In this document: positions 30,098-38,678 of the stretch, piece by piece
Layout: the number at the start of each line of letters is the position of its first letter
Numbering within the stretch: the stretch's first letter is position 1
From: an uncultured Acetatifactor sp.
GTDB taxonomy: Bacteria > Bacillota > Clostridia > Lachnospirales > Lachnospiraceae
Assembly: GCA_910589655.1 (NCBI GenBank)
Contig: CAJUTJ010000192.1
Coordinates: forward strand, 1,051 to 65,050
Length of the DNA: 64,000 nucleotides
Reading direction: 5' to 3'
Notes under the pieces: generated by a model
Told to the model about the DNA's origin: nothing
Databases searched by the model: none
The model's input: the letters and a program-made list of their open reading frames with translations, nothing else
Made by a program: the position numbers and the translations under genes

Positions 30098-31582
30098 ATG
30101 AAAAAATTATTCAGGAAGGAAATGTTTGCGGTGATAACCGCAGTATTGGCGCTTTCCTTTGGCATGACGGTTCATGCCGAGGAAAAGGGAGAGATAAAGA
30201 ACGGAATTTTTGCCGGTGAAATCGATTTATCCGGCATGAGCGTGGAGCAGGCCGAAGCGGCTCTCACAGCATATGTAGACGGTCTTAGGGGGACGGAAAT
30301 CACATTGCTGGCGGGAGGAGATCATTCGGTAGTGGTGACGGCGGAGGCGCTGGGCATTCGGTGGAGTAATCCGGAGCTGGTCAGCGAGGCGGCGGAAGTG
30401 GGAACCCACGGGAACGTCATTGAGCGTTATAAGATTTTAAAGGATTTGGAATATGAAAATCTTGTATATCCCATTGAGCTGGAATTTGATCTGCAGGCAA
30501 TCAGTGACATCCTTACAAACGAGTGTGCAAAGTATGACGTAAAGGCTGTAAACACCGGTTTGAAACGTGAAAACGGTGAATTTCAGATTATAGAGGGGCA
30601 GACGGGATACGCTCTGGATGTGGAAACTTCTATTGATCTGGTCTATAATTATCTCACCGGTGAGTGGGATCATAAGCCTTGTCAGATTCCGTTGGACGTT
30701 GCGGTAGAGGAACCCAAGGGCAGTACGGAAGAATTGGCACAGGTAAAGGATATATTGGGCTCCTTTACCACATCCTACTCTACATCGGGGCCTTCCAGAA
30801 GCGCTAATGTGGAGAACGGATGTAACTTAATCAACGGAATTACATTATATCCCGGAGAAGAATTTTCCACTTATCAGGCGGTTGCGCCTTTTTCCGTGGA
30901 TAACGGATATTATATGGCCGGTTCCTATATTAACGGCAAGGTGGTAGACAGTCTGGGCGGCGGAATTTGTCAGGTATCCACCACACTGTATAACGCCGTA
31001 CTGTTGTCGGAGCTGGAAGTTACACAGAGACATAATCATTCCATGATCGTTACTTATGTGGATCCTTCTGCCGATGCGGCCATTGCGGAAAGTTCAGGTA
31101 AGGATTTCACATTTGTGAATAACTATGAATATCCCATTTACATTGAGGGATATACGGAGAACAAAAGAATTACTTTTAATATTTACGGGAAAGAGACACG
31201 GGACCCCGGCCGTGAAGTGATTTACGAAAGCGAAGTGCTGGAGGTAAACAGGCCCGCTACGGACAATCTGCAGGCAAACGCTTCTCAGCCCATCGGATAT
31301 GTGGCCGTTGCGGAGAGCGCCCATATCGGTTACAAAGCCAGACTTTGGAAGGTTGTAAAAGAGAACGGAGTGGAAGTGAGCCGTGAGCAGATCAACAGCA
31401 GCAGTTATAAGATGGTGCCCAGAACAGCCATTGTAGGGGTGGCTACCGATAATCCGCAGGCTTACGAGGAAATTATGGCGGCCATCGGAACGGGCAATTT
31501 GGATCATGTGAGAAATGTGGCTGCTATGTTGACGGCGCCGCCTCAGAATGAGAACGACTGGGACGACTCAGACGACGAATAA
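30098..31582 (+). CDS. VanW-family exported protein with peptidoglycan-binding and G5-like regions
   Basis: Signal peptide, RSANV..PGEEFS, LGGGICQVSTTLYNA, RHNHS. Confidence 0.88.
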   Translation: MKKLFRKEMFAVITAVLALSFGMTVHAEEKGEIKNGIFAGEIDLSGMSVEQAEAALTAYVDGLRGTEITLLAGGDHSVVVTAEALGIRWSNPELVSEAAEVGTHGNVIERYKILKDLEYENLVYPIELEFDLQAISDILTNECAKYDVKAVNTGLKRENGEFQIIEGQTGYALDVETSIDLVYNYLTGEWDHKPCQIPLDVAVEEPKGSTEELAQVKDILGSFTTSYSTSGPSRSANVENGCNLINGITLYPGEEFSTYQAVAPFSVDNGYYMAGSYINGKVVDSLGGGICQVSTTLYNAVLLSELEVTQRHNHSMIVTYVDPSADAAIAESSGKDFTFVNNYEYPIYIEGYTENKRITFNIYGKETRDPGREVIYESEVLEVNRPATDNLQANASQPIGYVAVAESAHIGYKARLWKVVKENGVEVSREQINSSSYKMVPRTAIVGVATDNPQAYEEIMAAIGTGNLDHVRNVAAMLTAPPQNENDWDDSDDE

Positions 31583-31647
31583 TCGGTTCGGAGACTGTTT
31601 TATCTATAAAGGAGCGGTATTCGTTCGTCCGGCAGTATGAGGTTAAA

Positions 31648-32724
31648 ATGAAAAGCGGAAAAATATCGGTAAATGTATTAAAAAGGACTGTTTTTAAGCA
31701 GATCAGAGCAAAGAGGGAAGAAGTTGTAAATGGCGCAGGCATGGGGGCAGACTGCGCCGTTTTTGCATTTGCCGACGGGGATATGACGGTATCCTGCGTA
31801 CAGGAAGCTCCGGTGGCGGTACAGGAAGATTCCGTCTCCCTGCGGGAAGCTGCGGAGATTGCCCAAGAAGCCGAGGGGGCGGAGTTCTCCGGAAAAATCG
31901 GAAATTATTTTGCAGAGCGGCGTACCATGGCGCAGCTGATCCAAAAATGCGCCAACAATCTGGCGGCGAAGGGGGCCGAGCCTGTGGCTGTCCTGATTAC
32001 GCTGCTGCTGCCGGAAAACACGGAGGAGCCTGACATTAAGAAGCTTATGGCGGAAGCGGACGGCGCCTGTCAGGAGTTACATATGCAGATTGCAGGCGGG
32101 CAGACCAGAGTGACGACGGCGGTAAAGGTTCCCTGCGGCGTGGTGACGGGGATCGGGAAGATTTCAAAAGAAACGCATCACCGTCTGAGAGGCGCGGCGC
32201 CGGGACAGGACGTGGTGATCAGCAAATGGATCGGATTGGAAGGGACTTCCCTGCTGGCAAAGCAATACGGGGAACTGCTGTCGGAACGCTTACCGGCTTA
32301 CTTTGTGGAAGAGGCGGCAGGCTTTGACAGATTGTTATCCGTAGTACCGGAGGCCGCCACCGCCGTGAAGTCCGGCGTGTGTGCCATGCATGATGTTTCC
32401 GAGGGAGGGATTTTCGGGGCTCTCTGGGAACTGGCAGAAGGTGCGGGCGTTGGACTGACCATCGACTTAAAAAAGCTGCCTCTGCGGCAGGAAACGGTGG
32501 AGGTATGCGAGTGCTGTAATGTAAATCCCTATGAACTGTTGTCCGGCGGATGTCTGCTTATGACCTGCGAAGACGGTTCCGCCTTGGTATCTGCCTTGAG
32601 GGCGGAGGGCATAGCCGCGGTGACAGTGGGGAAGGTGACGGACAGCAATGACAGGATTCTGGTAAATGAGGACGAGGTACGGTATTTGGACCGTCCGAAA
32701 GTCGATCAAATATATGGAGGTTAA
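31648..32724 (+). CDS. AIR synthase-related (PurM/HypE-like) protein
   Basis: GMGADCAV, NNLAAKGAEP, IAGGQT, AMHDVSEGGIFGALWE. Confidence 0.82.
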   Translation: MKSGKISVNVLKRTVFKQIRAKREEVVNGAGMGADCAVFAFADGDMTVSCVQEAPVAVQEDSVSLREAAEIAQEAEGAEFSGKIGNYFAERRTMAQLIQKCANNLAAKGAEPVAVLITLLLPENTEEPDIKKLMAEADGACQELHMQIAGGQTRVTTAVKVPCGVVTGIGKISKETHHRLRGAAPGQDVVISKWIGLEGTSLLAKQYGELLSERLPAYFVEEAAGFDRLLSVVPEAATAVKSGVCAMHDVSEGGIFGALWELAEGAGVGLTIDLKKLPLRQETVEVCECCNVNPYELLSGGCLLMTCEDGSALVSALRAEGIAAVTVGKVTDSNDRILVNEDEVRYLDRPKVDQIYGG

Positions 32725-32731
32725 AGGGAGC

Positions 32732-33214
32732 ATGAGAGAAGAATTATTGACGGTTATCGAGAAAAACAGCCGCATTGATTTAAAGGAGCTTGCGGTTATT
32801 TTAGGGGTTCAGGAAGTGGATGTGGTGAATGAGCTTGCGGCGTTGGAAGCGGAGGGCGTGATCTGCGGCTATCATACGCTCATTGACTGGGAGAAAACCA
32901 GTAATGAAAAAGTATCCGCTTTGATAGAGGTGCGTGTCACTCCCCAGAGAGGACAGGGTTTCGACAAAGTGGCAGAGCGAATTTACCGTTATCCCGAAGT
33001 ACGCAGTGTATACCTGATGTCCGGCGGTTACGATCTGATGGTAATATTGGAAGGAAAGACGCTCCGTGAGGTCTCCAGCTTTGTCTCCGACAAGCTTTCC
33101 ACCTTAGATACCGTTTTAAGTACGGCAACCCATTTTATTCTGAAAAAATACAAGGATCACGGAACCGTGCTTTCTCAGATAAAGGAAGATGAAAGGGAGA
33201 TGATTACACCATGA
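32732..33214 (+). CDS. Lrp/AsnC family regulator (YugG-like)
   Basis: N-terminal HTH, VYLMSGGYDL, ATHFILKKYK; overlaps the downstream aminotransferase. Confidence 0.9.
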   Translation: MREELLTVIEKNSRIDLKELAVILGVQEVDVVNELAALEAEGVICGYHTLIDWEKTSNEKVSALIEVRVTPQRGQGFDKVAERIYRYPEVRSVYLMSGGYDLMVILEGKTLREVSSFVSDKLSTLDTVLSTATHFILKKYKDHGTVLSQIKEDEREMITP

Positions 33215-34389
33215 GAAATCCGTTAGCAGATAAAGTAGTGGAGATCAAGCCCTCCGGTATCCGTAAGTTTTTTGATATTGTCAGTGAGATGAAGGACGCC
33301 ATCTCTCTGGGCGTGGGAGAGCCTGATTTCGATACGCCTTGGCATATACGCGACGAGGGGATTTATTCGCTGGAAAGGGGCAGAACCTTTTACACCTCCA
33401 ATTCCGGCCTAAAGGAGCTCCGGCAGGAGATCAGCAATTATATCCGGAGAAAACACGGCGCCCTGTATGATCCCATGACGGAAGTGCTGATTACCGTGGG
33501 CGGTTCGGAAGCAATTGATATAGGGCTCCGGGCTATGATCAATCCGGGCGAGGAGGTGCTGATACCCCAGCCCAGCTATGTGTCCTATGAGCCTTGTGCC
33601 GTTTTGGCAGGCGCAAAGCCCGTGATCATCAACCTGAAAGCAGAAAACGAGTTCCGTCTCACCGCGGAAGAATTGGAAGCCGCAATTACGGATAAGACAA
33701 AGATTTTGATTCTGCCGTTTCCCAACAATCCTACCGGCGCCATTATGGAAAAGAAGGACTTGGAGGCAATTGCGGAAGTCATTCGAAGGCATGATATTTT
33801 TGTTATGTCTGACGAGATATACGGAGAGTTGACTTATAAAGAGAAACATGTCTCCATCATTGAGATTCCCGGAATGAAAGAGCGAACCATTCTTATCAAC
33901 GGTTTTTCCAAGGCTTACGCCATGACAGGATGGAGACTGGGCTATGCCTGCGGACCCAAAGAAATTCTGCAGCAAATGACCAAGATTCATCAGTTTGCCA
34001 TTATGTGCGCCCCTACCACCAGCCAATATGCGGCGGTGGAGGCATTGCGGAACGGTGATGATGATGTGGCCGAGATGCGCACCGCTTACAATCAGCGCAG
34101 AAGATTTTTGATGAACGCTTTTCGGGAAATGAAGCTGGAATGTTTTGAGCCATACGGAGCTTTTTATGTGTTTCCCTGTATTAAGGAATTCGGCATGACC
34201 AGCGACGAGTTTGCAACGAGGTTCTTGGAGGAGGAAAAGGTTGCCGTGGTGCCGGGTACGGCCTTCGGCGACTGCGGAGAAGGATATCTCAGAATCTCAT
34301 ACGCATATTCTCTGGAGAATCTGAAGTTAGCCATCGGCAGACTGGAACATTTCATAACAAGATTGAGAGAAGAGAAGAAGGGCAATTAG
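33211..34389 (+). CDS. PLP-dependent class I/II aminotransferase (YugH-like)
   Basis: SLGVGEPDF, FPNNPTG, SDEIY, GFSKAYAMTGWRLG. Confidence 0.93.
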   Translation: MRNPLADKVVEIKPSGIRKFFDIVSEMKDAISLGVGEPDFDTPWHIRDEGIYSLERGRTFYTSNSGLKELRQEISNYIRRKHGALYDPMTEVLITVGGSEAIDIGLRAMINPGEEVLIPQPSYVSYEPCAVLAGAKPVIINLKAENEFRLTAEELEAAITDKTKILILPFPNNPTGAIMEKKDLEAIAEVIRRHDIFVMSDEIYGELTYKEKHVSIIEIPGMKERTILINGFSKAYAMTGWRLGYACGPKEILQQMTKIHQFAIMCAPTTSQYAAVEALRNGDDDVAEMRTAYNQRRRFLMNAFREMKLECFEPYGAFYVFPCIKEFGMTSDEFATRFLEEEKVAVVPGTAFGDCGEGYLRISYAYSLENLKLAIGRLEHFITRLREEKKGN

Positions 34390-34881
34390 ATGCATATCAT
34401 TTTACATCAGCCGGAAATACCGGGAAATACCGGAAATATCGGGCGTACCTGTGTGGCGACAGGCACGCCTCTTCATCTGATTGAGCCTCTGGGCTTCCGA
34501 TTGGATGAAAAGTCTATCCGCCGTTCGGGTATGGATTATTGGGAACGCTTGGATGTAAGCAGATATATTAATTTTACGGAATTTCAGGAGAAGCATCCCG
34601 GAGTAAAGATATGGATGGCCACCACCAAAGCCAAACGGATGTATACGGAAGTGTCTTACGGTCCGGACGACTATATTATGTTCGGCAAAGAAAGCGCGGG
34701 AATTCCCGAAGAAATTCTGGTGGAACATGAAGACAGCTGTATCCGGATTCCCATGCTGCCCGCTATACGTTCCCTGAATCTGTCGAATTCCGTTGCCATT
34801 GTACTGTATGAGGCATTACGGCAGCAAGGCTTTGAACAAATGCAGAGGGAAGGGGAATTGCATAGGCTTAAATTTCATTGA
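34390..34881 (+). CDS. trmL: tRNA (cytidine/uridine34-2'-O)-methyltransferase
   Basis: PEIPGNTGNIGRTC, RSGMDYW, FGKESAG, RSLNLSNS SPOUT motifs. Confidence 0.93.
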   Translation: MHIILHQPEIPGNTGNIGRTCVATGTPLHLIEPLGFRLDEKSIRRSGMDYWERLDVSRYINFTEFQEKHPGVKIWMATTKAKRMYTEVSYGPDDYIMFGKESAGIPEEILVEHEDSCIRIPMLPAIRSLNLSNSVAIVLYEALRQQGFEQMQREGELHRLKFH

Positions 34882-34918
34882 TTGTTTGTGACGGCTGTGG
34901 CGGCAGTGCTGAAGTGTA

Positions 34919-35578
34919 TTAGAACAGGCTTTTATATTGGGGGTATTCCGTTAGGAAGCGGGTGATAATCTGCGGGTGTTCCCAATAGTGCATGGGATAG
35001 ACTTTTTTGACATTGACTTGCTGCAGAAAATATAAGATTCCTTCGGCATAGGTGGAGCCCAGTCTGGGATCCAGCGGCAGAAAGGCGGCATCTAAGGTGC
35101 GACCTTTCAATTTTGCTATCTGGGCGCGGTAGCCGCCTCGCATCTGCTTTCGTTCTTGTTCCGTATCAGTCTCCATGCCCCAATCGTTCAGGTCTCCCCC
35201 ATGATAAAAGGTGCCTTCTTCACATCGGATCAAAAAGGCAACGCCTCTGTCGGTGGAAAGCAGGGTCTGTAGATGAGTGCCGCAAGGGAGCTCATATTCT
35301 TGACTATGATAGACCTTGATCATTTCCGAAGCTGTTCCGGGGTAGCGCTTTGGGGGTATGTCGTTGGGCAGTACGGCATATATTTTTTCCATGCCCCTAT
35401 CGGAGAGCATGGTGAAGATCCGGGGATTATAGTGATCCGTATGACGATGGCTGGCGAAGACAAGGATGGGCTTCTGCCGGTTTAATTCCGGCATCTCCCC
35501 TTTGTAATAATCAAACAAATAATAACATTTTGCAGTCTCAATGAGAAAACAGCTGTGGTAAATGTAAGTAATTGTCAT
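34919..35578 (-). CDS. Metallo-beta-lactamase fold hydrolase
   Basis: YHSCFL, SHRHTDH, YHGGDLN, PMHY. Confidence 0.85.
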   Translation of the reverse strand: MTITYIYHSCFLIETAKCYYLFDYYKGEMPELNRQKPILVFASHRHTDHYNPRIFTMLSDRGMEKIYAVLPNDIPPKRYPGTASEMIKVYHSQEYELPCGTHLQTLLSTDRGVAFLIRCEEGTFYHGGDLNDWGMETDTEQERKQMRGGYRAQIAKLKGRTLDAAFLPLDPRLGSTYAEGILYFLQQVNVKKVYPMHYWEHPQIITRFLTEYPQYKSLF

Positions 35579-35714
35579 AAAAATTTCCCTTTTCTTTTCA
35601 GAAGCGCTTTTGAAAAATGTTTTTCCGGTCTGCATGTAATTGCCATATCTATTTTAGCATAAAAATCCTCAAATTGAACAAAATAACGGTAAATATTGTT
35701 AGTGGAGGATTATT

Positions 35715-37106
35715 ATGTCTGAGCAGAAGCGTCCTTTTGGACTTTGGGATAAAATCGGTTATATGTTTGGAGATTTTGGCAATGATTTCAGTTTTCTGTT
35801 TGCCAGCAACTATCTCATGGTCTTTTACACAAAGGTCTTGGGACTCAGCGGATTTGTGGTGGGTCTCCTTTTTATGGGGGCAAGAGTGGTGGATGCGTTT
35901 ACGGATGTGACTATGGGGCGCATCGTAGATTACATGAAACCGGCAGAGGACGGACGTTTTCGTCCATGGCTCCGAAGAATGTGCATTCCCGTTGCCGTGG
36001 CAAGCACTGCCATGTATCTGTATTTTGTGAGAGACTGGGCATATTGGGCGAAAATTGTATATGTGGTGATTACGTATCTTTTGTGGAGCAGCTTCTGTTA
36101 CACTGCCATCAATATTCCCTATGGTTCCATGGCATCCGTCATCAGCTCCCATATGAAAGACAGGGCTTCTCTGTCCACGTTTCGAAGCATAGGAGCCAGT
36201 CTGGCAGGGCTGGTGATCGGTGTTTTAGTACCTCTTGTGGTGTATGACACGGACTCGGCGGGAAACCAGATTGTTCTTCCCGCACGATTTACGCTGACGG
36301 CCGTGGTCTTCGGCGTCCTTGCGGTTCTCTGCTATGGCCTTTGCTACCGGCTCTGCCAAGAGCGCGTATTCTTTGACAAAAAGGAGACGAAAAGGGATAG
36401 CATAGGGGAGATGCTCCGGGGACTTGGGCAGAACAAGCCCTTGCTGGCACTGGTTTTTGCCGCGTTAATGCTGCTCTTGGCCAGTATGCTCAGCCAGACG
36501 ATGAATAATTACTTGTTTCTGGACTATTTTAAAAATGCAAAAGCTATGGCAGCCGTTAATATTGTCAGTATGGCGGGGGTTTTCGCACTGGCTCCCTTTA
36601 TCACAAAGATTGCCTCGGAATTCGGCAAAAAAGAAGCCGGTGCGCTGGGAATGCTGCTGGCGGGAATCGTATATGTGCTGATGTTCTTTCTGAGAATTAA
36701 GAGTATTCCGCTGTTTATGGCGCTTTTGTTTGTGGGCACTCTGGGGGTGGGACTGTTTAACCTGATTGTCTGGGCGTATATTACGGACATTATCGACTAT
36801 CAGGAGGTGAAAACAGGGAAACGTGAGGACGGTACGGTTTATGCGGTATATTCCTTTGCCCGCAAAGTGGGGCAGGCTCTGGCAGGAGGTTTGGGCGGTT
36901 TTGCACTGACGGCCATAGGATATATATCCGATGCACCGGCACAGACCGATGTGGTAGCGGGACGAATTTATACGGTGGCAACGCTGCTCCCCGGAGTCTG
37001 CTATCTGATCGTATTCCTTATTATGCAATTCCTGTATCCTTTGTCCAAACGCGTGGTGGAAGAAAATTCGGCAATTTTGCAGGAGAAACGTCAAAAATCG
37101 AATTAA
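35715..37106 (+). CDS. MFS glycoside-pentoside-hexuronide:cation symporter
   Basis: GYMFGDFG, GRFRPW, NIPYGSM, about 12 TM. Confidence 0.9.
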   Translation: MSEQKRPFGLWDKIGYMFGDFGNDFSFLFASNYLMVFYTKVLGLSGFVVGLLFMGARVVDAFTDVTMGRIVDYMKPAEDGRFRPWLRRMCIPVAVASTAMYLYFVRDWAYWAKIVYVVITYLLWSSFCYTAINIPYGSMASVISSHMKDRASLSTFRSIGASLAGLVIGVLVPLVVYDTDSAGNQIVLPARFTLTAVVFGVLAVLCYGLCYRLCQERVFFDKKETKRDSIGEMLRGLGQNKPLLALVFAALMLLLASMLSQTMNNYLFLDYFKNAKAMAAVNIVSMAGVFALAPFITKIASEFGKKEAGALGMLLAGIVYVLMFFLRIKSIPLFMALLFVGTLGVGLFNLIVWAYITDIIDYQEVKTGKREDGTVYAVYSFARKVGQALAGGLGGFALTAIGYISDAPAQTDVVAGRIYTVATLLPGVCYLIVFLIMQFLYPLSKRVVEENSAILQEKRQKSN

Positions 37107-37159
37107 AATAGAAAGAAGGATTTGCATATCTTCTTAGAAAACGGACAAGGGGCATACGG

Positions 37160-38092
37160 ATGAAATTTGATCGAAAAGCAGCCGGGGAAGGGGTGGAAGC
37201 ACTCTGCAGGCTGAACCGGGGCGGAACCTCTATTGAATGGAGATTTACTTTTTTAAAATCGGAGCAGGAGGACAGGCATAATACCATCCGTCTTACTATG
37301 CGGGATAAGGAGGGGCAGATTGTGCTTTTATGCATTCAGGAAGCGGAGGAGGAAGAGCCTCTGACCTCTTTTCTGCTGCAACCTCATCTGTGGAACTGTC
37401 AATGTCCCTATCTATATGATGTAGAAGTTGTCTTACAGAATCAAGAGGGCAAAGAGACGGACAGACTGAACAAACAGATTCCTTTGAGAGAGCTTTGTCT
37501 TCATTCCCGAAGAGGATGGCTGTTAAACGGGGAAGAACTTACTTTGAAGTCTGTGGAATATATGATACCGCCCCATACATCCCGGACGGAAAAACAGCGG
37601 TTCGTATGGAGAGACTTTCGCCTTTTAAAGGAAATGGGAGTAAACTGTATCCACACGGATCCGTCTCTGTGGAATTTATGTGAAAAAGCAGGTTTTCTAA
37701 TATGGCAGAAGGATATGGCGGCTTCGGGAGAGGAGCTTCTCTGTCTCACCGGAGAGGGAAGCGACATACTTTCTTCTCTTTATTATGAATACAAGGCAAA
37801 ATGGAGCAGCGACCCTTTTGTATATATTGTTCCGGAAGGCATTTCCGTGCTTCCTTCCGGCAACTTAAAGGTTACGGTATACAGCAATTGCAGCCGGGTA
37901 ATTCTTTACTCGGACGGCATGCTGTTTGAATTTCAATCCGGAGAGGAGAGATTCGTGTTTGAGGAAGTTCCGGCACACGGGCCATGTGTGATGCTGTCCG
38001 CAGAAGGAGATGAATGCAGCATGTCGTTTTCATTCCATAAAACATTTGAACCATCCGGTATATGCCGCTTCGAAGGAGGAAAAAGGCTTTAA
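37160..38092 (+). CDS. Internally reduced GH2-like protein, probably non-catalytic
   Basis: PHLWN..PYLY, GWLLNGE, KEMGVNCIH, LCEKAGFLIWQ, YYEYKAKWS and VTVYSNC fragments; no NE acid/base segment. Confidence 0.65.
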   Translation: MKFDRKAAGEGVEALCRLNRGGTSIEWRFTFLKSEQEDRHNTIRLTMRDKEGQIVLLCIQEAEEEEPLTSFLLQPHLWNCQCPYLYDVEVVLQNQEGKETDRLNKQIPLRELCLHSRRGWLLNGEELTLKSVEYMIPPHTSRTEKQRFVWRDFRLLKEMGVNCIHTDPSLWNLCEKAGFLIWQKDMAASGEELLCLTGEGSDILSSLYYEYKAKWSSDPFVYIVPEGISVLPSGNLKVTVYSNCSRVILYSDGMLFEFQSGEERFVFEEVPAHGPCVMLSAEGDECSMSFSFHKTFEPSGICRFEGGKRL

Positions 38093-38109
38093 CTTTTTGG
38101 CAATAGGGG

Positions 38110-38197
38110 TTTGCCGGTTCCGCGCATGTCTGTCTCGGGTTTGTCACGCCAAAAACAGTGTGAAAATACCTCGCAGCGACAGCGGGCGAACAATAAC
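38110..38197. repeat. Family A partial copy, inverted relative to 2416-2568
   Basis: GGGTTTGTCACGCCAAAAACAGTGTGAAAATACCTCGC closely matches the reverse complement of 2440-2477; ends GCGAACAATAAC. Confidence 0.7.
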
Positions 38198-38235
38198 AAG
38201 CCATGCCCCGCTGTTTGAGGCGGGGTTATTGACAC

Positions 38236-38264
38236 TTGACAAGTAACACGGTTACGAGTACCAT
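38236..38264 (+). promoter_or_regulatory. Putative SigA promoter with a palindrome in the spacer
   Basis: TTGACA-17 bp-TACCAT; GTAAC-ACG-GTTAC between the boxes. Confidence 0.5.
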
Positions 38265-38327
38265 GCTAATAGAGGGAATTTTGCCTCAACTTATGATAAA
38301 GCATCTGAATCGGATGGAAGGAGTTCT

Positions 38328-38666
38328 ATGATTCTTCATAATGAAACGTTCACAATGGAAAATCTCTGGGATAAGATTACGTCACAGGAGGGCAAAAGTT
38401 TTCTGACGAAAAAGGGTCTGCCGTTTACATATACGATTAAAGGCGGAGAACTCTTTACGGATCGGAGGGAGCGCTCTATCACCAGAAGTACCTTTGAGAA
38501 GGCCTACGAAAAGCTTCTTCACGATCAGGTGGGGGAGGAAGCTCCGAAAAAGATCGTAGGCCCTAAGACTTTGAACGTTTATGGTGCGCCCTATGTGTGG
38601 GCCGTGTTTACCGGAATCGGTATGATAGAGGAGGAGCTGTACATTCAGGAAGAAATGCATTTTTGA
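38328..38666 (+). CDS. Hypothetical protein
   Basis: GAAGGAG RBS; 112 aa; FLTKKGLPFTYTIKGGELF and GPKTLNVYGAPYVWAVF; function unknown. Confidence 0.75.
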   Translation: MILHNETFTMENLWDKITSQEGKSFLTKKGLPFTYTIKGGELFTDRRERSITRSTFEKAYEKLLHDQVGEEAPKKIVGPKTLNVYGAPYVWAVFTGIGMIEEELYIQEEMHF

Positions 38667-38678
38667 GTCCGGACTGCG

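Noticed and set aside
30098..31582. Vancomycin resistance locus
   Set aside because: Only a VanW-like domain; no vanA/B, vanH, vanX or vanRS nearby
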